From positions 42,064-106,063 of IMG/VR virus record IMGVR_UViG_3300013426_000023: a DNA stretch of 64,000 bases; one strand, given 5' to 3'. The position numbers and the translations under genes were made by a program. This document shows positions 29,001 to 35,659 of the stretch, piece by piece. The notes beneath the pieces were generated by a model. That model did not search any database. It was given only the letters and a program-made list of their open reading frames with translations, and was not told the origin of the DNA. Origin of the DNA: a virus. Its lineage: Duplodnaviria; Caudoviricetes. Within the stretch, counting starts at the first letter, position 1. Each line of letters starts with the position of its first letter.

Positions 29001-30364
29001 ATAGTTTATGGAATATTGCTAGAACAAATAATACTACTGTTAATAATTTAATGCAATTAAATCCTAATTTAAAAAATAATATTATATTTCCTAATCAGAA
29101 TTTAGTAATAGGAAAAAAGCAAGGAGTTAAAGCTTATAATATAAGAAAACAATGGGAAGCAGATAAAAAATTAAATAATAATTTATCAGTCATACAAAGC
29201 GTAAAACATGATAATAATTATATTGTTATAGATAAAAAGAATAGTTTATTAAATGTATTTGATAAAAATAATAAATTGATATATAAAACAAATGATATAA
29301 GTACTGGTGCTTCAGGAAATGATTATAATACTATAACTTATGTAGATAAAAGTGGTAATATAAAAAGTGGTAAAGGTAATAATTCTACTCCAGCAGGTAT
29401 AACTAAGATTACAGGTACAGGAATTTATCATGGTTATCCTTCTTTTACAAGAGGTAGAAGTAAAGGTTCAAGTTATGAAGATATAGCAAGTTCTTTACAT
29501 TTTGGTAATACTTCTCAACAAAGATTATCTAATGGATGTGTAAGAATAGGAGGTAATACTTTAAATCAATTAAGCAAGTATATTGATATTGGAACAGATG
29601 TCTATACATTACCTGAAAAGAAAGGTTCTAAATTTGTTGCTAAAGATGGAAAATTAAGTTTTGTAGCTAATAAACCTTACGGCAAAGACATAAAGGGAGA
29701 CCCTAAGAGATTCTGGGATGATTATAATATTAGCATAAATAAATCATATTCACCTTTAAAAATAGTTTCAACTGTAAAAGGTAACAAGGAATATAAAGAA
29801 AATGAAAGAAGATTTATAGATACCTTAATAAACAAGAAACAAGAATTGATGAAAAGATTTAATCTTGATTCTGATACATATAATCATATAGCAGAATTAT
29901 CTTTAGGCATTGCAAATCAAGAAAGTAAGATGGGTACAGGTACTTCTCTCAATCCAAAACATAATTATAAACTTAAAACTGCAATTCCATGGTTAGTAGA
30001 TATAATGAAATCTTTTTCTGGTGGTGCTGTATCTAGAGGTTATGGACAAGTGAAACTTAAAGGAGATAATAAAAAACTTAGAGATATTTATAATAATTTA
30101 GGTATTAATGAAAATAATATATACTCTGCTGAAAATGGAGCGTTATCAATATTAGCAAGATTAGCTTATATGTATAATACAGAAGTAAAAGGAAGAAAAT
30201 TTAAAGGTGCTAATGGTAATATAGACCCATATACAGCTCTTATATATAAATATAATGGAAGAAGTTCTGCATTAAAAAAAGGTGATGTAAATCCAGATAA
30301 TAATAGTTATATAAAGAATGTAAGAAAATATGCAGCTAAATATAATATGTATTCTATTAGATAA
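26045..30364 (+). CDS. Multi-domain virion peptidoglycan hydrolase (GH24 lysozyme + zincin-like + LysM + L,D-transpeptidase + SLT-like)
   Basis: IATWEG/QLDALYSYSYNVG/GLTRRRNWE; YLHEAASHG; YIVKAGDSLWNIA; TPAG..SLHFG..SNGCVR; ANQESKMG..GYGQVK..KYNG. Confidence 0.8.
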   Translation: MWNNLSIQDKASYIREAVANGIYNRRDIISNYNSFAKGGYKPSDKVKKDIATWEGSSMKTNRSFEAEANDFNKYLPKGALNKLTQSQLDALYSYSYNVGAGNFNKRVVPVLTQYLNGKATKEDVQKSMWASKDNELRGLTRRRNWEREGFGGNYRTMFTGTGGTPNYYGYRDSRIPSSDSTNQVAQFDDNVTKPTDFISSVNGFTLDQINEAMNNSTYKPINNVENQESSLPPTGTAFTIPSLNTMYNPIESAKPDYSYTQSILTDFDNTLYGNDINDEDNMFDKGGNLFFVGGQQQRITEAKPYIFKNGKLVANPQYHQPDRGVALPLGFPSIFNANKDYLPDPLFNILTLGRNIYNIDYKGLKEAYKVLKQKYTKKGFNLSKEYPDWESALKKVFDELGDFLIPGLKYGGSLNKFEDGGNENEDKGYNYVDADNLRHKDFLNLINVDGKLMDSDNNTYNLQALDREHTPVIQGTNMLAKKMAEDMAYANAKKYFDSNTTIDFINAATLGLLNRGSISQDARLIKDAYNTAFGDMTYDQLINSATLGNEGIFENPLYNTLIDFAIPLGTYGTNQLLNTNKAKNLIASLVTKNSLLPKNFSPNYLSININNGDSDLIKNIHNKNLAEKLRTAYLTRFGENKVLNLNNNYFRSSKQLPTIMEEFNPYQNYPVGEYTSKEIQDYYSQVMLPLMKRYNISAPKKVKPAIITVPDNINKNIRGWYNPWLDIPFLRAVGIDGKLTNSIKNGLFNSTYLHEAASHGTDELLDNLNLMSKYKFESFLPNDYVFHPKISASKLGEEFRATMNEVRQSLLETRKEFNGLDYFYPQGKDLEKAIDDIGINLLMNKMGITNAYGEDYFNAWNNLKNRANNGNLRDIQNLINFENNIKDAFKYLPAIGTGVIGTTALNNKEKALGGPLNAYAGGGILDIISNFFTDNKQSQIKPKVYISLSGQHFKTAHEAAIDNFNLQKGRGKYAPKNINYIVKAGDSLWNIARTNNTTVNNLMQLNPNLKNNIIFPNQNLVIGKKQGVKAYNIRKQWEADKKLNNNLSVIQSVKHDNNYIVIDKKNSLLNVFDKNNKLIYKTNDISTGASGNDYNTITYVDKSGNIKSGKGNNSTPAGITKITGTGIYHGYPSFTRGRSKGSSYEDIASSLHFGNTSQQRLSNGCVRIGGNTLNQLSKYIDIGTDVYTLPEKKGSKFVAKDGKLSFVANKPYGKDIKGDPKRFWDDYNISINKSYSPLKIVSTVKGNKEYKENERRFIDTLINKKQELMKRFNLDSDTYNHIAELSLGIANQESKMGTGTSLNPKHNYKLKTAIPWLVDIMKSFSGGAVSRGYGQVKLKGDNKKLRDIYNNLGINENNIYSAENGALSILARLAYMYNTEVKGRKFKGANGNIDPYTALIYKYNGRSSALKKGDVNPDNNSYIKNVRKYAAKYNMYSIR

Positions 30365-30383
30365 GTTAATTAATCTTAATTTA

Positions 30384-30415
30384 TTTGGTAGTATAAAATA
30401 TAATGTTTATCTTTG
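30384..30415 (+). promoter_or_regulatory. Bacteroidota sigma promoter
   Basis: TTTG 30384-87, 20-nt spacer, TATCTTTG 30408-15. Confidence 0.8.
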
Positions 30416-30433
30416 CAAAGTAATTTAGTGAAT

Positions 30434-30820
30434 ATGAAAAATTTTATATTATTTATATGGCAATTACCACAGATGATTATTGCATTCATCTATCAAATGT
30501 ATCTAATATATAGTAATAATTATTTAGGTGCTTATGAAGAAAATGACAATATAATACATCAATGTGTGATGAGAGGTGCTGTAACTTTAGGTAATAATAT
30601 ATTCATTAATGTTGGTACTTTCAATATGGAACAAGTACTTGAACATGAATATGGACATACAATACAAAGTAAGATTCTTGGTCCTTTATACCTTATAATA
30701 ATAGGTATTCCAAGTATTACTTGGGCAGGACTTAGAAGACTAATTCCTTCTCTTAGAGAATATAGTTACTATTCTTTTTATACAGAGAAGTGGGCTAATA
30801 AATTGGCTAATAAAGCGTAA
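30434..30820 (+). CDS. Membrane-associated HExxH metallopeptidase-like protein
   Basis: IWQLPQ, AVTLG, HEYGHTIQS..LGPLYL, YTEKWA. Confidence 0.7.
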   Translation: MKNFILFIWQLPQMIIAFIYQMYLIYSNNYLGAYEENDNIIHQCVMRGAVTLGNNIFINVGTFNMEQVLEHEYGHTIQSKILGPLYLIIIGIPSITWAGLRRLIPSLREYSYYSFYTEKWANKLANKA

Positions 30821-30921
30821 GCTTATTAAATGTAGGTAGGAGTGATGACCTACCTACTTATATTAACCCTCATAAATATTAAATGTCGTGTATTCCCCTT
30901 GAGGGTTTTATTGGGGAATAT

Positions 30922-30994
30922 TGGGGTATAGTATAAAGGTAGTACGCAAGATTTTGGTTCTTGGTCTGTGGGGGTTCAATTCCCTCTACCCTAA
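30922..30994 (+). tRNA. tRNA-Gln (UUG)
   Basis: Acceptor TGGGGTA/TACCCTA, anticodon arm CAAGA-TTTTGGT-TCTTG, T-loop TTCAATT. Confidence 0.85.
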
Positions 30995-31000
30995 CTAAAT

Positions 31001-31075
31001 AGTTCTTTAGCTCAGTTGGATTAGAGCAACAGCCTTCTAAGCTGTGGGTCATGGGTTCAAGTCCCATAAGAACTA
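31001..31075 (+). tRNA. tRNA-Arg (UCU)
   Basis: AGTTCTT/AAGAACT, ACAGC-CTTCTAA-GCTGT, TTCAAGT. Confidence 0.93.
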
Positions 31076-31292
31076 CAATATAAAGTATTGCAGAGTACTA
31101 TGTGAATACAACGTAACTCCAAGGCTTTAGTCATTGTCACTATGTAAGTTTAGCCCTTGTGGAAGTCGTAGAGTCCTTGTCTTAAGGGAGGCAGAGATAA
31201 TCCCTTATATATTATAGATTGTTTTCATAGATTTAATATATTAAACTAAGGTTTTCTACTCTACTTTTCCTTAATAAAGTGGAGTGCTATAA

Positions 31293-31366
31293 TGCCTCTT
31301 AGCTCAGTTGGTCAGAGCATTAGACTGTTAATCTAGGTGTCGCAGGTTCAAGTCCTGTAGAGGCAG
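31293..31366 (+). tRNA. tRNA-Asn (GUU)
   Basis: TGCCTCT/AGAGGCA, TTAGA-CTGTTAA-TCTAG. Confidence 0.93.
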
Positions 31367-31410
31367 CAATAGTTTTAGGTAGCAGTTTTCCTTAATAAAT
31401 TGCTATGAAT

Positions 31411-31484
31411 ACTCACTTAGCTCAATAGGTTAGAGCACTCGGCTTATACCCAAGTGGTTAGGGGTTCAAGTCCCTTAGTGAGTA
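31411..31484 (+). tRNA. tRNA-Ile (UAU)
   Basis: ACTCACT/AGTGAGT, CTCGG-CTTATAC-CCAAG (one mismatch), TTCAAGT. Confidence 0.82.
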
Positions 31485-31486
31485 CT

Positions 31487-31753
31487 ATGAAATGGATATT
31501 AAAACTTATACAGAATAATACTGGAGTATCTTCAAAGAACTTCTTTCTTATTGCTGTAACTATAGTAGGTATAATATTGTTGATAGTACCTATAATAGTA
31601 TTATTAGTTGAGGTGTTTACAACAAATACAATACATACAGATTTAAATGGTATGGCTGCATATATTGCAGCAGTTGCTGGTGTATTTGCTAGTGCTGGTA
31701 TTACAAAGGCATGGTCAGAAAAATATGAGAATAATGTGGTTAAAAGAGAGTAA
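31487..31753 (+). CDS. Two-TM membrane protein (holin-like)
   Basis: Start MKWILK just after the tRNA; two hydrophobic helices. Confidence 0.65.
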   Translation: MKWILKLIQNNTGVSSKNFFLIAVTIVGIILLIVPIIVLLVEVFTTNTIHTDLNGMAAYIAAVAGVFASAGITKAWSEKYENNVVKRE

Positions 31754-31952
31754 TAGAGATAAACATTTTTTATATGCTATACCAATAGGTATAGTATTCA
31801 CTATACTATGTGTATTAGGTGTAGCATCTGGTTTAGAGTTTAAAGATAAACTATATGGAAATAAATGGGATTGGTTAGATTGGTTAGCTACTATATTGGG
31901 TGGTTTAATTGGTCAAGTTATACAAATATTTATTATTTCATTACTCCTATAG
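31734..31952 (+). CDS. Small membrane protein
   Basis: Start MWLKESNRDKHF; EFKD...WDWLDWLATILGG. Confidence 0.65.
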   Translation: MWLKESNRDKHFLYAIPIGIVFTILCVLGVASGLEFKDKLYGNKWDWLDWLATILGGLIGQVIQIFIISLLL

Positions 31953-31961
31953 GAGTAGCTT

Positions 31962-32034
31962 GCTACTGTAGTTCAATTGGTAGAACACTTGATTTGTACT
32001 CAAGTTGTTGAGGGTTCAAGTCCTTTCAGTAGCT
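31962..32034 (+). tRNA. tRNA-Thr (UGU)
   Basis: GCTACTG/CAGTAGC, CTTGA-TTTGTAC-TCAAG. Confidence 0.92.
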
Positions 32035-32061
32035 CTATATAAACTTTAAATTTGTATAGAT

Positions 32062-32172
32062 ATGAAGACTGTATTAAAGGTAACAAAAAAATGGTTTAAG
32101 GCATATATAGATGCCTATGCTAAGGTAATGAAACCTCTTTATGAGAATGGTGTATGTCCATTACCTTTGTAG
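32062..32172 (+). CDS. 36-aa amphipathic peptide (not in ORF track)
   Basis: MKTVLKVTKKWFKAYIDAYAKVMKPLYENGVCPLPL, followed by a hairpin and a GGAGG/CCTCC-T6 terminator. Confidence 0.55.
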   Translation: MKTVLKVTKKWFKAYIDAYAKVMKPLYENGVCPLPL

Positions 32173-32285
32173 TAATTAATTGATATTTAAAGTGTTAAGA
32201 GCAATATGGCTCTTACACTATGTTTGAGGAGGATTATACCTCCTTTTTTAATGTCTGTTAATATAATGTTAAAGTATGTAATTTA

Positions 32286-32317
32286 CTTGCAAAATATAAA
32301 TATTTGTATTATCTTTG
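32286..32317 (+). promoter_or_regulatory. Bacteroidota sigma promoter
   Basis: CTTG, 20-nt spacer, TATCTTTG 32310-17. Confidence 0.8.
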
Positions 32318-32336
32318 CAGCAGTTAAATAATTAAT

Positions 32337-32422
32337 GGCTTCATGATGGAATTGGTAGACATTTCAGACTTAAAATCTGATGAGTAGTAATACTCGTAGG
32401 GGTTCAAATCCCCTTGGAGCTA
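32337..32422 (+). tRNA. tRNA-Leu (UAA)
   Basis: GGCTTCA/TGGAGCT, TCAGA-CTTAAAA-TCTGA, long variable arm. Confidence 0.92.
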
Positions 32423-32443
32423 CTAATATAAAAGAAGAATATT

Positions 32444-32629
32444 ATGACAATAAGAAAAGAACAGCAATGGCAAGCAGAAAGTGACGCTAGAACTCTTGCT
32501 GAATATCAAGAAATATTAAGTGATAAAGCAAGACTTAAAAGAGCAACTACTGCTGCAAAAAAACAAGCAGCTAATCTTACAAAAAGAGCTAATGCTATGA
32601 GTAAGGCTGCTAATAGAGGAAGGAGGTAA
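32444..32629 (+). CDS. Small basic helical protein
   Basis: WQAESDARTL; Ala/Lys/Arg-rich C-terminus. Confidence 0.7.
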   Translation: MTIRKEQQWQAESDARTLAEYQEILSDKARLKRATTAAKKQAANLTKRANAMSKAANRGRR

Positions 32630-32784
32630 TATGACTAAGGGTTTATTAAAAACATTAAAAGTTATATCAGCCTACAATTCAAATGAGTTATGTAAGTTTG
32701 TAAACGCAAATGATATATCTCAAAATCAAGTAGTAAATATAGTAGTCAAAAATGATTTAATGCATTTATTTTATTACAGTTAAT

Positions 32785-33009
32785 ATGGAGGACAAAAGAA
32801 AAGAATATAATAAAGAGCCTGTATATTACTGTGCAAGATGTCTATCTCTTAGAATACTTGGTGTAGAAGGTATGGAAGGCTTAGATTATTGTGATGAATG
32901 TAATTCAACAGAAATAAAGGAAACTACAATAGATGAGTGGAATAAAATGTATGAGAATAAACATCATCACTCTTATTTAGATAATTATAGTAATAACAAT
33001 AAAAATTAA
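32785..33009 (+). CDS. Zinc-finger protein
   Basis: YCARCLSL...YCDECNS. Confidence 0.75.
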   Translation: MEDKRKEYNKEPVYYCARCLSLRILGVEGMEGLDYCDECNSTEIKETTIDEWNKMYENKHHHSYLDNYSNNNKN

Positions 33010-33016
33010 TTTTAAA

Positions 33017-33334
33017 ATGGAGAAAAAAATGAATGTTGCTCCTAAAGAGCAGAGTGCAGAAGTTAATAAGGAAGAAAAGAAGCTTACTTATGAACAACTT
33101 AATGGCATTGCAAATCAATTATTCCAAGAGAATAATAAGCTAAAGGCAATGGTTAATAAACTCTCTGACCAATCAGCATTTGCTAAGTTAGATTTCTTAT
33201 TTAAGGTTGTAGATAGTGCTTATGCTTTCCCTGCTGATTTTAGAGCTGCTTGTGCTAAGGAGATTCAAGATGCTATGACTACTCCTATAGAAGAATCTAA
33301 GGAAACACCCAAAGAGGAAACAAAGGAGGATTAA
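33017..33334 (+). CDS. Hypothetical coiled-coil protein
   Basis: KLTYEQL...LDFLFKVV. Confidence 0.75.
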   Translation: MEKKMNVAPKEQSAEVNKEEKKLTYEQLNGIANQLFQENNKLKAMVNKLSDQSAFAKLDFLFKVVDSAYAFPADFRAACAKEIQDAMTTPIEESKETPKEETKED

Positions 33335-33335
33335 T

Positions 33336-33725
33336 ATGCAGAAACCAGATAGTTTATTAAGAATTGACTGTGATGATTTACAGCAATTCTTTAAACTCTG
33401 GTTTAAGTTCTTAGAACCACTTCATCATCTTACTGATAGAGAAGTAGATGTACTTGCTTGCTTATGTAAATACAGATATTTATTAGGTAAGAAAATCATG
33501 GATGATGAAATACTTGACAATGTATTATTTAGTGAAGACATTAAGAAAAAAATTATAGAAGACTTAGGAATGTCTTTACAATATTATCAAGTCATTATAA
33601 GTAAGTTAAGAAAGGTAAATCTATTAAAAGAAGGTCATATAGAACCTAGAATAGTACCTAATCTAAAAGAGGATAGAGGTAATTATACTTTAATGCTTAA
33701 CTTTATAATTAAAGACAATGCTTGA
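33336..33725 (+). CDS. Putative HTH DNA-binding protein
   Basis: LTDREVDVL...IIEDLGMSLQYYQVIISKLRK. Confidence 0.6.
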   Translation: MQKPDSLLRIDCDDLQQFFKLWFKFLEPLHHLTDREVDVLACLCKYRYLLGKKIMDDEILDNVLFSEDIKKKIIEDLGMSLQYYQVIISKLRKVNLLKEGHIEPRIVPNLKEDRGNYTLMLNFIIKDNA

Positions 33726-33993
33726 TGATATATTTAAAGAAGTGTCTGAGAGCTTAGGAATACCAGAAGATACAGTAAGTAAAGTATATAAGGCTTATTG
33801 GAAAACTATAAAAGATTATATTGAGAGTTTGCCTCTTAAAGATAATCTTACTGAAGAAGAGTTTCTTAGCCTTAGACCTAACATTAATATTCCATCTATA
33901 GGTAAACTATATGTTACCTATGATAGTTATAAATATTTAAAGAAATATTATAATGAAAATTATAAAGACAAAGAAGATACAACCAACATTTGA
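33718..33993 (+). CDS. HU/IHF-like protein
   Basis: EVSESLGIPEDTVSKVY...NINIPSIGKL. Confidence 0.6.
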   Translation: MLDDIFKEVSESLGIPEDTVSKVYKAYWKTIKDYIESLPLKDNLTEEEFLSLRPNINIPSIGKLYVTYDSYKYLKKYYNENYKDKEDTTNI

Positions 33994-34375
33994 TAAAGTA
34001 GTTACTACTTTCAATACATATACTGAGGATTGCTTAGTAGATGATATTGTAATACCTAAAGGTACTTTTATGGTAGAACAGAAAGTATTGGCTGCTGGAC
34101 CTAATTCTCCATTTAAGGAAGGTCAGATGATACATATTAATCCTATTATGTATGGTCATAGAAAGCATCAAAAAGGTTCATTGAAGGATGGTGTAATTAC
34201 TGATAATCCTATTACTGAATATTCTCTTCCTGTTATGCAACTTGCAGACAAACAAGTATTGCTTCTTGATAGCAGGGATATTGATTATATCATATCAGAA
34301 TATGAAGAGATTGAAGCAAAGAAACCAAAGAAGAATGCTATTATAATGCCTAAACCAAAGACAATAATAATGTGA
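33953..34375 (+). CDS. GroES-like co-chaperonin fold protein
   Basis: IQPTFDKVV...VLAAGP...KEGQMIHI...LLLDSRDIDYII. Confidence 0.5.
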   Translation: MKIIKTKKIQPTFDKVVTTFNTYTEDCLVDDIVIPKGTFMVEQKVLAAGPNSPFKEGQMIHINPIMYGHRKHQKGSLKDGVITDNPITEYSLPVMQLADKQVLLLDSRDIDYIISEYEEIEAKKPKKNAIIMPKPKTIIM

Positions 34376-34404
34376 TTCTTGTTCATAACTATTATTTATA
34401 ATAC

Positions 34405-34441
34405 AGCCTTAGTCTTAATTAATTTAAGGCTAAGGTTTTTA
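34405..34441 (+). terminator. Intrinsic terminator
   Basis: AGCCTTAGTCTTA...TAAGGCTAAGG-TTTTT. Confidence 0.7.
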
Positions 34442-34452
34442 ATTTTAATTAT

Positions 34453-35007
34453 ATGAAACTTATAAAAATAGATAATTATGAATTAAAATTCAGTGATGAA
34501 TTATTATTATTAAAACCTTTTAGAGTATTGTATAATGCAGATAAAACTGTTGATAAGAATCATTTCTTAGACTTTTTATCAATACTTTATTATGTATATG
34601 ACCCAAGAAGTGAATTTAATTATATAGTTGATGAAGATACTAGACTTGAAGAAGTATGTAACGCAAATGGCATTAATAAACCAAAATTTACTAAACAAGA
34701 TTTATCATGTATAGAACTATATAAGAAAATGACTATAACTTCTTCATCATTACTTCTTGAAAGAACAAGAAAAACTTTAGATAAAGTAGGAATGTTTCTT
34801 GAAAACATAGATTTGACAGAAGAAGATGATAAAGGTAAACCTAAATATACAGTACAATCTGTAGTAGCTGCTACTAAATTAGTTCCTCAATTAGTAAAAG
34901 AAGTCATGGAAGCTGAAAAAAGTGTTGCAAAAGATATTGAAGAACAAGGTAGAGCTAAAGGTAATAATGGTAATAAAAAATTAATGGATGATGGTATTTT
35001 ATTATGA
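34453..35007 (+). CDS. Conserved protein upstream of terminase (possible small subunit)
   Basis: Position and helical C-terminus; YVYDPRS, DDKGKPKY. Confidence 0.5.
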   Translation: MKLIKIDNYELKFSDELLLLKPFRVLYNADKTVDKNHFLDFLSILYYVYDPRSEFNYIVDEDTRLEEVCNANGINKPKFTKQDLSCIELYKKMTITSSSLLLERTRKTLDKVGMFLENIDLTEEDDKGKPKYTVQSVVAATKLVPQLVKEVMEAEKSVAKDIEEQGRAKGNNGNKKLMDDGILL

Positions 35008-35330
35008 GAATAGAAGATTTAGATAATAAACAATTTGAATTGTTTGGTAGTAAGTATACAATTAAATTTGTAGATACTTTAGATGAACCAGATAGTGATA
35101 TTAGTCATTATGGACTTACTACTAATCCAAAGTATCTAATTGAAATTGCTAAAAATGTAAAAGGTAATCTTCAATCAGAAGATGAACTATATCTTACATT
35201 AGTACATGAAATAGTTCATGTTATATTGGATGTAGGTAACTATTGTAATACTTCTGGTGATGAACCTTTAGTAGAATGGACAGCTAGATGTATTATATCA
35301 TTATTAAAACAAAATATATTATGCAAATAG
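35004..35330 (+). CDS. Small zincin-like metallopeptidase
   Basis: TLVHEIVHVIL...DEPLVE. Confidence 0.7.
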   Translation: MRIEDLDNKQFELFGSKYTIKFVDTLDEPDSDISHYGLTTNPKYLIEIAKNVKGNLQSEDELYLTLVHEIVHVILDVGNYCNTSGDEPLVEWTARCIISLLKQNILCK

Positions 35331-35659
35331 AAGATATAACTGAAGTGTTAAATCAATACTTAAAGAAATCCAGACAAGAACTTAACTTAAACATAGGAGG
35401 TAAATTTGTAGTAAAAAGAAATATTATTACAAAGAAACCACCTATATTTAAGAAATTTATCATTGAGTTATATTATATTTCTTCTATAGGAGACAACAAG
35501 CTATGTATAACAATAGAACAAATAGAAAAATGTCCTTCTAATTCAGAAAATACATATTGGAACGAAGTATATAAATCTTATGTTCTTGAGATATTTAAGT
35601 TTATTAAAAGTGAAACGTTTAGTAGGTTAATACATGGAATCGTTAATACCAACAAATAA
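35321..35659 (+). CDS. Hypothetical protein
   Basis: Probable start MQIEDI. Confidence 0.6.
   Translation: MQIEDITEVLNQYLKKSRQELNLNIGGKFVVKRNIITKKPPIFKKFIIELYYISSIGDNKLCITIEQIEKCPSNSENTYWNEVYKSYVLEIFKFIKSETFSRLIHGIVNTNK

Noticed and set aside
30879-31067. 62-aa minus-strand ORF
   Set aside because: It is the antisense of tRNA-Gln and tRNA-Arg
31454-31486. GTG-start extension of the membrane ORF
   Set aside because: Lies inside tRNA-Ile; the real start is ATG 31487
32377-32400. CTGATGA hammerhead-like core
   Set aside because: Part of the tRNA-Leu anticodon stem and variable arm; no GAAA after the stem
30994-32440. HDV-like theta ribozymes 3' of tRNAs
   Set aside because: No trailer shows the P1-P2-P3-L3 nested layout with a catalytic C
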